Position numbers and translations under genes: made by a program | In this document: positions 24,232 to 31,939 of the stretch, in pieces | How positions within the stretch are numbered: position 1 is the stretch's first letter | Layout: every line of letters starts with the position of its first letter | Notes under the pieces: generated by a model | Seen by the model: only the letters and a program-made list of their open reading frames with translations | What the model was told of the DNA's origin: nothing | Database searches by the model: none | Assembly (NCBI GenBank): GCA_035515515.1 | Contig: DATJBC010000108.1 | Coordinates: 1-63,732 of the forward strand | Direction of reading: 5' to 3' | From: Acidimicrobiales bacterium | GTDB lineage: Bacteria > Actinomycetota > Acidimicrobiia > Acidimicrobiales > UBA8190 | DNA length: 63,732 bases

Positions 24232-24741
24232 TCAACGCCGGGGCGCCACGGCATAGACGAGCTCGACGACGCCGTGCGGCCAGGTCCGGGCGCCCTCGAG
24301 CGACAGCTCGGTGTCCGCACCGACCTCGGGCGTGAGGCGGCGGCCGGCGCCGCCGAGCATGGGGAGCACCAGGAGGCGCAGCTCGTCGAGCGCGCCCAGC
24401 AGGCGGAAGGTCTCGAGGGTCGTGGGCCCGCCGACGAGGTGGACGTCGCCCCCTCGGTTCTCAGAACGCTGACGCTCGAGGAGCCGGACAGGCTCCCCCT
24501 CCACGACGACGTGCCCGGGAGCGCCCGGCGGGACGCGGGTACCGAGCACGTAGACAGCCAGGTCCCCCCACGGCCACACCGGCGCGGACAGCGCGGGCTC
24601 GAAGGTGCGACGGCCCAGGACGACGGCAGCGCACCTCGCCTGGAGCTCGTAGAAGCGGGCCCCGGCGTCCCACCCGCCGAACGCCAGCTGGACCGGCAGC
24701 CCGTCGGCGGTGGTGACGGCGCCGTCGAGGCTCGTGCACAT
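24232..24741 (-). CDS. Dihydrofolate reductase-family protein (RibD C-terminal domain type)
   Basis: Contains SLDG near the N-terminus, VLGRRTFE, HLVGGPTTL, and LDELRLLVLP. Confidence 0.75.
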   Translation of the reverse strand: MCTSLDGAVTTADGLPVQLAFGGWDAGARFYELQARCAAVVLGRRTFEPALSAPVWPWGDLAVYVLGTRVPPGAPGHVVVEGEPVRLLERQRSENRGGDVHLVGGPTTLETFRLLGALDELRLLVLPMLGGAGRRLTPEVGADTELSLEGARTWPHGVVELVYAVAPRR

Positions 24742-24945
24742 CCGGGTCAGGATCCTCGTGCGTCCGCGCCCTTGCGCTGCGCCACGGGGCGCTTCACCCG
24801 GGTCCGGGTGTCAGCGTGCCCCGCGCCGCCCCCGGCGTGCACCACGGTGCCCGCCCCCGCGCTGCTGTGCCATCGTGGGACGTCGGGCCCCTCGGGACGT
24901 CTGGGTCGGGGGGACGGCGGCGGCCCGCGGCGGATCGGAGGACCG

Positions 24946-25422
24946 GTGGCAGACAACACGACCAGGCTCGGACCGGGCGACAAGGCCCCGGCGTTCACCC
25001 TCCGGGACCAGGACGGCACGAAGGTGTCGCTCAAGGACTTCGCGGGCGACTCCGTGGTGGTCTACTTCTATCCCGCCGACGACACGCCGGGATGCACCAA
25101 GGAGGCGTGCCAGTTCAACGACAACCTCCGGGCGTTCTCGCGCGCCGGGGTGGCGGTGGTGGGCATCTCGCCCGACGACGCCGAGACCCATGTGGCGTTC
25201 CGCAAGAAGTACCGGCTGCGCTTCCCCCTGCTCACCGACGCCGACCACACGGTGATGGAGCGCTACGGCGCCTGGGGGGAGAAGACCCTCTACGGCAAGA
25301 AGTCGGTCGGGGTCATCCGGTCGACCTTCCTCGTGGGCGCCGACGGCTCGGTACGCCGGGCCTGGTACCACGTGAAGGCGGACGGCCACGCCGAGAAGGT
25401 GCTCGCCGAGGCCGGGGCCTGA
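24946..25422 (+). CDS. bcp: Thiol peroxidase Bcp (peroxiredoxin)
   Basis: GTG 24946 follows GGAGG. Contains FYPADDTPGCTKEAC and GISPD. Confidence 0.9.
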   Translation: MADNTTRLGPGDKAPAFTLRDQDGTKVSLKDFAGDSVVVYFYPADDTPGCTKEACQFNDNLRAFSRAGVAVVGISPDDAETHVAFRKKYRLRFPLLTDADHTVMERYGAWGEKTLYGKKSVGVIRSTFLVGADGSVRRAWYHVKADGHAEKVLAEAGA

Positions 25423-25430
25423 GGGCGCCA

Positions 25431-26216
25431 TCAGCGCTGGTGCTCGGGGCACCACCAGCTGCTGCGCCCGCCCACGGTGCTGCGCACCAGCTCGGCGCCG
25501 TCCCGGGGGCAGCGCCCGCCCGGGGTGCGCTCGGGCATGAGGTCGCCCAGGTGCGAGCCGCCCCGGGCCATGAGGTCGTCGAGCGTGCGCCGCAGGTGGT
25601 GGTGGAGGCGGCGGTGCTCGGCCGGCGTGAGTGACGACGAGGGCCGCGACGGCGCCAGCGAGGCGCGCCACAGGACCTCGTCGGCGATGAGGTTGCCCAC
25701 CCCCGCCAGCCGGCGCTGGTCCATGAGCCGGGCCTTCACGGCCACCGCGCTCGTCTCGAGGGCCCTGCGCAACTCGGCGGCCCCCACACTGAGGGCATCG
25801 GGCCCGAGGGCCGCCTCGTCGGGGTCGAGCTCGACCCCGCCCAACAGGCGCGGGTCGCGCACCACCAGCCGGCTGCCGCCGACGAAGTCGATGGCGAAGC
25901 GGTCCCACGCGGCGACGGCACGGTCGCTCGAGTAGACGAGGCGGTCCACCCCCGCCTTGCCGTCCACGAGCAGGCGCCCGGTCATGCCGAAGCGCAGCCC
26001 CAGGCGGGGCGCCGTGCCACCCTCGGTGTCGAGGACGAGCAGCTTGCCGCGGCGGCGTGCCGCGCTGAAACGGCGCCCCTCGAGGGCGGCGCGCAAGGGG
26101 CCCGGCCGGGCGCGGCGCACGAAGCGGGGGTCGGCCACCTCGACGCGCCGCACCACCCGGCCGAGCACCCCCTCGGCCACCCGCCGGTAGGCCTCGACCT
26201 CGGGCAACTCGGGCAC
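25431..26216 (-). CDS. Fpg/Nei-family DNA glycosylase/AP lyase
   Basis: N-terminal (M)PELPEVE with catalytic Pro2, an H2TH region, and a C-terminal zinc finger CPRDG...WWCPEHQ. Confidence 0.9.
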   Translation of the reverse strand: MPELPEVEAYRRVAEGVLGRVVRRVEVADPRFVRRARPGPLRAALEGRRFSAARRRGKLLVLDTEGGTAPRLGLRFGMTGRLLVDGKAGVDRLVYSSDRAVAAWDRFAIDFVGGSRLVVRDPRLLGGVELDPDEAALGPDALSVGAAELRRALETSAVAVKARLMDQRRLAGVGNLIADEVLWRASLAPSRPSSSLTPAEHRRLHHHLRRTLDDLMARGGSHLGDLMPERTPGGRCPRDGAELVRSTVGGRSSWWCPEHQR

Positions 26217-26232
26217 GAGCGGCGACGCTACT

Positions 26233-27363
26233 GTGGGCGCCGTGCCTCCCGAGAAGCCGCACTGGGCCCACCTCTACCAGGAGGTGGTGACCTCCGGGCT
26301 GTGCACCGGGTGCGCGGGCTGCATCATCGCCTGCCCGCACGACGTCCTGAAGTACAACGACCAGGACGGCGTGTACCGGCCGTGGAAGGTCGACGAGGAC
26401 GGCGGCCCGGTCGACTGCACCCACGGGGTGAAGGGCTGCACCATGTGCACCCGGGCCTGCCCCCGCTTCCGCACCTGGGAGAGCGAGATCGACACCTTTC
26501 TCTTCGGCCGTGAGCGCGCCGCCGAGGAGGTGGCGGGCATCGCCGGCGACATCGTGCTCGCCCGGGCCACCGACCCCGCCGTGCACGATGTCGGCCAGGA
26601 CGGCGGGCTCGTGTCGGCCATCTTGATCTGGGCCCTCGAGCACGACGTCATCGACGCCGCCCTGGTGTCGGCGGTGGAGGGCGAAGGGACGTGGAAGGCC
26701 GTCCCCGCCGTGGCCCGCACCCGCCAGGAGGTCCTGGCCACGGCGGGGTCGCGCTACACCTACTCGGCCAACACCCTCGCCTACCCCGCCGCCGTCGAAG
26801 CCGGGGCCGAGCGCATCGCCCTGGTGGGGATGAGCTGCCAGGCGTCGGTGCCGGCGGTCATGTCGGCCCGCAAGGCGGGCAAGGTGGCGCGCCGCCTGGC
26901 CCTGTCCATCGGCCTGTTGTGCTCGAAGACCTTCGACGACGCCATCTTCGCCGAGCTGTTCGAGGCCAAGTACGGGCTCGAGCGCAGCGCCATCGCCAAG
27001 ATCAACATCAAGGGCGTGTTCCAGGTCTGGATGCAGGACGGCGCGTACCACGAGGTCCCGCTGAAGGAGGGCCACGCCTGGACGCGCGAGGGGTGCAAGG
27101 CCTGCCCCGACTTCGCGGCCGAGCACGCCGACATCTCCACCGGTGGCATCGGCGCCTTCAGCGACTGGACGCTCACCATCGTGCGAACCGACCAGGGCCG
27201 CGACATCATGGCCGGCATGGTGGCCGACGGGGTCGTCGAGACACGTCCCGGTGACGACGACCCCGGCGCCATCGAGCTGTTGCGCAAGCTGGCCCGCGTG
27301 AGCCGGCGCCGCTGGCCCGACCACGCCACGGTGGGGCCCGAGCGCGTCGCGCTCTCCTCCTGA
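26233..27363 (+). CDS. Coenzyme F420 hydrogenase/dehydrogenase beta-subunit (FrhB/FdhB) family Fe-S flavoprotein
   Basis: Contains two ferredoxin-type motifs, CTGCAGCIIACP and CTMCTRACP. FrhB-like core blocks are QDGGLVSAIL, GSRYTYS, VGMSCQ and GCKACPDFAAEHADISTGG. Confidence 0.8.
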   Translation: MGAVPPEKPHWAHLYQEVVTSGLCTGCAGCIIACPHDVLKYNDQDGVYRPWKVDEDGGPVDCTHGVKGCTMCTRACPRFRTWESEIDTFLFGRERAAEEVAGIAGDIVLARATDPAVHDVGQDGGLVSAILIWALEHDVIDAALVSAVEGEGTWKAVPAVARTRQEVLATAGSRYTYSANTLAYPAAVEAGAERIALVGMSCQASVPAVMSARKAGKVARRLALSIGLLCSKTFDDAIFAELFEAKYGLERSAIAKINIKGVFQVWMQDGAYHEVPLKEGHAWTREGCKACPDFAAEHADISTGGIGAFSDWTLTIVRTDQGRDIMAGMVADGVVETRPGDDDPGAIELLRKLARVSRRRWPDHATVGPERVALSS

Positions 27364-27381
27364 GGCCGGCCCCTCCCGGGC

Positions 27382-28053
27382 TCAGAGCCCGGCCAGGGTG
27401 CGGGCGCTGTGCATGACGGCGTCGAGCATGGGCTCGGTCAGCTTGCGGGTGTTGGTGTTCTGCTGGCTGGGGTGGTACGAGCACACCACGCTGCGCCCGC
27501 CGGGGAGCGTGCCCACCACCCCGTGGCCGAAGCGGGGCCGGGGCCTCAGGCCGAGCACCTCCGCCACCACCTGGTAGGCGAAGCTTCCCAACGCCACGAC
27601 CACCCGCAGCTCCGTCAACAGCGCCAGCTCTCGCTCGAGGAAGGGGCGACACCTATCGCGCTCGGCCGGCGTCGGCTTGTTCTGCGGCGGGGCGCAGCGC
27701 ACCGCCGCCAGCACGTACGCCCCGTGCAGCTCGAGCCCGTCGTCCATCGACACGCTGGTGGGCTGGTTGGCGAGTCCCGCCCGCCACAGCGCGGCGAACA
27801 GCCAGTCACCGGACCTGTCGCCGGTGAAGACCCGGCCCGTCCGGTTCCCGCCGTGCGCCGCGGGGGCGAGCCCCACGAAGACGATGCGCGCCCCCGGGTC
27901 GCCGAACCCGGGGACGGGCCGTCCCCAATACTCCTGGTCGGCGAAGGCGGCACGGCGTTGGCGGGCCACCTGCTCCCGCCACGCCACCAGGCGCGGGCAA
28001 CGCCGGCAGCTCGTGATCTCGGCCGTCAACGCGTCGAGCGGCGGGGCACGCAC
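27382..28053 (-). CDS. Uracil-DNA glycosylase, family 5 (UdgB-like)
   Basis: GTG 28053. Contains CRRCPRL (Fe-S Cys), GLAPAAHGGNRTG (family 5 motif A, not the GEAPG of family 4) and HPSQQN. Confidence 0.85.
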   Translation of the reverse strand: MRAPPLDALTAEITSCRRCPRLVAWREQVARQRRAAFADQEYWGRPVPGFGDPGARIVFVGLAPAAHGGNRTGRVFTGDRSGDWLFAALWRAGLANQPTSVSMDDGLELHGAYVLAAVRCAPPQNKPTPAERDRCRPFLERELALLTELRVVVALGSFAYQVVAEVLGLRPRPRFGHGVVGTLPGGRSVVCSYHPSQQNTNTRKLTEPMLDAVMHSARTLAGL

Positions 28054-28078
28054 GGCCGACAGCGTACGATGACACCCC

Positions 28079-28723
28079 GTGCCAACACGGCGAACTCCGG
28101 CTCCTGCCGTCGCGCTCCTGGTCCGCCACGGTCGGACCCCCACGACGGGCACCATCCTCCCCGGTCGGGCGCCGGGCCTGCACCTCTCGGAGGTGGGGCG
28201 GGCCCAGGCGAAGGACACCGCGGCGCGCATCGCCGCCCTGAAGAAGGCGCCCGTGGCGGTGTACGCGTCGCCCCTGGAGCGCGCCATGGAGACGGCCAAG
28301 CCCATCGCGGCGGAGCTGGGGCTCCGGGTGCGGGCCGAGCGGGGGCTGCTCGAGTGCGACTTCGGGACGTGGACGGGGGCCAGGCTCTCCACCCTCCGTC
28401 GCCGCCGCGAGTGGCGCAGCGTCCAGGCCGTCCCGAGCTCCTTCCGGTTCCCCGACGGCGAGTCGTTCCTCGAGATGCAGGCGCGCACCCTGGCGACCCT
28501 CGACCGCCTGGCGGCCCGCCACCACGGCGAGACCTTCGTGGCGGTGTCGCACGCCGATCCGATCAAGGCGGCGGTGGCGGCCACCGCCGGCGTCCCCATC
28601 GACCTCATGCAGCGCCTGGTGGTGTCGCCGTGCTCGGTCACCGCCCTGGTGCGGGGCGACGGCGACGCCTACGTGCTGTGCGTCAACGCCACGTCGTCGC
28701 TGGCCGAGCTGAGCCCCTCATGA
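28079..28723 (+). CDS. Histidine phosphatase family protein (MSMEG_4193-type putative phosphomutase)
   Basis: Contains LVRHGRT (the RHG catalytic motif) and VSHADPI. Confidence 0.85.
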   Translation: MPTRRTPAPAVALLVRHGRTPTTGTILPGRAPGLHLSEVGRAQAKDTAARIAALKKAPVAVYASPLERAMETAKPIAAELGLRVRAERGLLECDFGTWTGARLSTLRRRREWRSVQAVPSSFRFPDGESFLEMQARTLATLDRLAARHHGETFVAVSHADPIKAAVAATAGVPIDLMQRLVVSPCSVTALVRGDGDAYVLCVNATSSLAELSPS

Positions 28724-29217
28724 GCCCCGCGCTCGACCTGGGCGACCTCGACCGCTTCACGGTGGGCGCCGAGGGCCCCGTCGGCCAGCGGGTGTTCCTC
28801 GTGCAGTGCAGGAGTGGCGACACCGTGGTGACCCTCAAGGCCGAGAAGCAGCAGGTGTCGGTGCTGGCCGAGTACCTGGGCCGCCTGCTCGCCCAGGTCG
28901 ACCGGCCCGAGGACCTGCCGTCGGACCTCGAGCTCGAGGCGCCCGCCGAGCCGCACTGGGTCATCGGGACCCTGGGCGTGAGCTACGACGACGACACGGA
29001 CCGCATCGTGCTCGTCGCCGAGGAGCTCGTGGGCGAGGACGAGGAGGGCGACATGGCGCGCTTCACCATCACGCGTGCCCAGGCCGCGGCGTTCGCCATC
29101 CGCGCCACCACCCTCGTCGAAGCGGGCCGGCCCCCGTGCCCGCTGTGCGGCGGGCCGCTCGACCCCTCGGGCCACGAGTGCCCCCGGACCAACGGCCACC
29201 GCCCTCCGGCAACGTGA
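28720..29217 (+). CDS. DUF3090 domain-containing protein
   Basis: ATG 28720 overlaps the upstream stop (ATGA). Contains FTVGAEGPVGQRVFLVQ...KAEKQQV... and a C-terminal CPLCGGPLDPSGHECPRTNGH zinc-ribbon-like motif. Confidence 0.8.
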   Translation: MSPALDLGDLDRFTVGAEGPVGQRVFLVQCRSGDTVVTLKAEKQQVSVLAEYLGRLLAQVDRPEDLPSDLELEAPAEPHWVIGTLGVSYDDDTDRIVLVAEELVGEDEEGDMARFTITRAQAAAFAIRATTLVEAGRPPCPLCGGPLDPSGHECPRTNGHRPPAT

Positions 29218-29900
29218 GGCTCCTGGCCGAAGGCGAGGTCGAGCTCGTCGGCCGCATGCCGTGGAGCTCGAACCACACGTTCCTGGCCACGGTGGCCTGC
29301 GGGGACGACGAGGTGGCGGCGGTCTACAAGCCGGCGCGGGGCGAGCGCCACCTGTGGGACTTCCCCGAGGGGATCTACAAGCGCGAGGTCGCCGCCTACG
29401 AGCTGGCCCAGGCGCTGGGCTGGGACATGGTCCCCGAGACCGTGGCGCGCGACGACGCCCCCCTCGGGCCGGGCTCCCTGCAGCGCTTCGTGGACGCGGA
29501 CTTCTCCCAGCACCACTTCACCCTGGTCGAGGACGAGGCGCTGCACGACCAGCTGCGGGCCATCTGCGCCTTCGACATCGTGGCCAACAACGCCGACCGC
29601 AAGAGCGGGCACTGCCTGCTCGACGAGAGCGGCACGGTGTGGGCCATCGACAACGGGTTGTCGTTCCACGTCGAGCCCAAGCTGCGCACCGTCATCTGGG
29701 AGTTCGCGGGCGAGCGCCTGCCGCCGGGACTGGCCGAGGACCTGGTGCGGGTGGCGCAGTCCCCGCCGGCGTCGCTGCGGGCGCTGTTGTCGGCGCGTGA
29801 GGTCGACGCCATGGCACGGCGGGCCCGGGCCCTCGTCACGGCGGGGCGCTTCCCGGTGCCCGACCCCGACCGCCACCACTACCCCTGGCCGCTGGTCTGA
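29214..29900 (+). CDS. SCO1664-family protein (PI3/PI4-kinase-like fold)
   Basis: GTG 29214 overlaps the upstream stop (GTGA). Contains SSNHTFLA, AVYKP, and NNADRKSGHCLL...WAIDNGLSF, which resembles a kinase catalytic loop and metal-binding motif. Confidence 0.8.
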   Translation: MRLLAEGEVELVGRMPWSSNHTFLATVACGDDEVAAVYKPARGERHLWDFPEGIYKREVAAYELAQALGWDMVPETVARDDAPLGPGSLQRFVDADFSQHHFTLVEDEALHDQLRAICAFDIVANNADRKSGHCLLDESGTVWAIDNGLSFHVEPKLRTVIWEFAGERLPPGLAEDLVRVAQSPPASLRALLSAREVDAMARRARALVTAGRFPVPDPDRHHYPWPLV

Positions 29901-29940
29901 CCGGCGGCCGGCCACCAGGCGACGGCCCGGGCGCCCGGGC

Positions 29941-30459
29941 TCAGCCCTGGGTGAAGTGCAGGTCGAGGAGCCGGCCCTCGCCCATGGCCAGGCCCTCCCA
30001 GGTGGCCAGGTCGACGCCCACGCACGCCAGGGCGGCCGTGGGGAACCGGGCCTCCACCCGGGCCCGCTCGCCGGTGCGCGCCGGCGACACGAGGAGGGCG
30101 GCGAGCTCCTGCACGGTGGGGTTGTGGCCCACCACGAGCACGGCGGCCACGTCGTCGTCGAGGAGGCGCAGCCGGTCGACGACGTCGTCGGGGCCCGCGT
30201 CGTAGAGGGCGCGCTCGACCACGAGCTCGGCTCCCCCCGACAGCTCCGCCACCACCAGCTCCGCCGTCTGGCGGGCGCGCCGGGCCGACGAGGTGAGGAC
30301 GGTGGCGGGTGCGGCGGTGGGGATCGCCCCGTCGTCGAGGTAGCGGCCCACCTCCGACGCCTGCCGGCGGCCACGCGGGGCCAGCGGTCGACCGTGGTCC
30401 TCCTCGGCGTGCGCGGTGGCCTTGGCGTGGCGCAGGACCCACACGGCGCGCGCCGTCAC
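29941..30459 (-). CDS. SixA-like phosphohistidine phosphatase (histidine phosphatase superfamily)
   Basis: GTG 30459 overlaps the upstream stop (GTGA). Contains VLRHAKA, TSSARRARQT and VVGHNP. Confidence 0.8.
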   Translation of the reverse strand: MTARAVWVLRHAKATAHAEEDHGRPLAPRGRRQASEVGRYLDDGAIPTAAPATVLTSSARRARQTAELVVAELSGGAELVVERALYDAGPDDVVDRLRLLDDDVAAVLVVGHNPTVQELAALLVSPARTGERARVEARFPTAALACVGVDLATWEGLAMGEGRLLDLHFTQG

Positions 30460-31856
30460 AGGCGCAGGCCCCACTGGTGGTCGAGGTCCGCGACGGCGGC
30501 CCGCGACAGCAGCTCGGCGCCCGGGGCGGCGATGTGGGTGCCGTCGGGGGCGCGCACCTCCACCTCGTTGCCCGAGGCGTTGGGGAGGAAGCCGGCGAAG
30601 TGGCCCTGGGGGTCCGACAGCACGGGCCACGAGGCGAAGAACGACACGCCCCGGTGCAGCGCGGCCTGGGCGTCGTCGATGCCGTTGAGCACCTGCATCT
30701 TGGCGTTGAGGGCGGGGTCGGCCATGGGGGGCATGCCCACCCACAGCAGGCGGGCCCCCGCGGCGGCCACCGAGGACATGAAGTCGCCCACCCGCCGACC
30801 GTAGGCGGCGTCCCAGGCGGGGGTCCCGTAGGCCAGGGCGGTGCCGCCCTCGACGAAGTTCTGGGGGTCGTTGGCCCCGATGAAGGCCACCACCGCCTCC
30901 GGCTGGTAGCGGGCCAGGTCGCCCTGGAGCTCGGCCGGCCAATTGAAGTAGTCGGGCCGCGACAGCCCGGTGTCGATGTGGCCGTCCAGCACGGCGTGCA
31001 CCACGCCCGTGGCGGCCAGGTCGTTGACCAGGGCCTGGCCGAAGTCGATGCCGAGGGAGTCGCCCACCACGAGGACCCGCAGGGGGGAGCCGGCGCTGGG
31101 CGGGGGCAGCGGCGGCAGGCCGTCGGGGGCCGTCACCGCGGTGGTGGCCCCCGGACCGGGCACGGGCGTCGGCGGCGGGTCGGCGTGCCGGCCGGGCGGG
31201 CGGCGGGCGACGGGGCCCAGCACCTGGAGCACCCCGCTGTTGTTGCGCCCGATGACGCGATCGGCGCCGCTCACCACGTGCGAGAGGCCCAGGGCGTCGG
31301 ACACCGCGGCGATGGGCCGCAGCACGGTGATGGCGGCCGTGCGCCGGGCACCCAGCGGCGCGGCCTGCGCCGAGTGCAGCAGCGCCGGTGCGTCGATCAC
31401 GAGCCACAGGGCGAAGCAGGTCACGCCGGCGGCGAGGGCGCGCCGCCAGCTCACCCGCGCCCGGCTCCGCACGGCACGGTCCCCGGCGACCTCGAGCACG
31501 AACAGCGGCTCGGGGACGGCCACGTCCGGGGCCGCCGCGCCGGCGGCCTCGGGGGGGCGCGCCGGGGGCGTCGGCACGGCGGGGGGGAACGCCCGGCCCA
31601 CGTGGTGCGGGACACCGATCACGGCGGGCGCCCGCGGCGGCGCCAGCACCGCCGCGCGGCGCGGGGCCGGCGGGCCCCAGCGGCCCGGCCGCCGCGTGGC
31701 GCGGTCGCGCCCACCCGGGGCACGCGCGCCGTCGCGTCGCGCGGGGCGTCGCGGCCCCGCCATGGCGCCCCCCCGGTCGGCGCCCCCTGCGCCGGCCTCG
31801 GTGGGCGCGGCGGTGACGGGCATCTCGAGCGCGATGTCGGGGGGGCTCTCGGTCAT
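30456..31856 (-). CDS. SGNH/GDSL-like hydrolase (DUF459-type) with a long Arg/Pro-rich N-terminal region and one TM helix
   Basis: The C-terminal domain contains LVVGDSLGIDFG (the GDS block), AFIGANDPQ and DGTHI. The start at ATG 31856 is uncertain and the true start may lie downstream. Confidence 0.7.
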   Translation of the reverse strand: MTESPPDIALEMPVTAAPTEAGAGGADRGGAMAGPRRPARRDGARAPGGRDRATRRPGRWGPPAPRRAAVLAPPRAPAVIGVPHHVGRAFPPAVPTPPARPPEAAGAAAPDVAVPEPLFVLEVAGDRAVRSRARVSWRRALAAGVTCFALWLVIDAPALLHSAQAAPLGARRTAAITVLRPIAAVSDALGLSHVVSGADRVIGRNNSGVLQVLGPVARRPPGRHADPPPTPVPGPGATTAVTAPDGLPPLPPPSAGSPLRVLVVGDSLGIDFGQALVNDLAATGVVHAVLDGHIDTGLSRPDYFNWPAELQGDLARYQPEAVVAFIGANDPQNFVEGGTALAYGTPAWDAAYGRRVGDFMSSVAAAGARLLWVGMPPMADPALNAKMQVLNGIDDAQAALHRGVSFFASWPVLSDPQGHFAGFLPNASGNEVEVRAPDGTHIAAPGAELLSRAAVADLDHQWGLRL

Positions 31857-31939
31857 GGTTCGATGCGCAACGGCGTCACCCGTCGGTCGGCGCCCTGCGC
31901 CGGTCGGGCCGCACCCTCGGCACCCGACGTCGCCGCGAC

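Noticed and set aside
29901-29940. GC palindromes in short convergent spacers as possible intrinsic terminators: GCCCGGGCGCCCGGGC here, and similar ones at 11388-11422, 57836-57896 and 58641-58714.
   Set aside because: The stems are short and are built from self-complementary GC motifs that are frequent at this GC content. None is followed by a U-tract, so they were not annotated individually.
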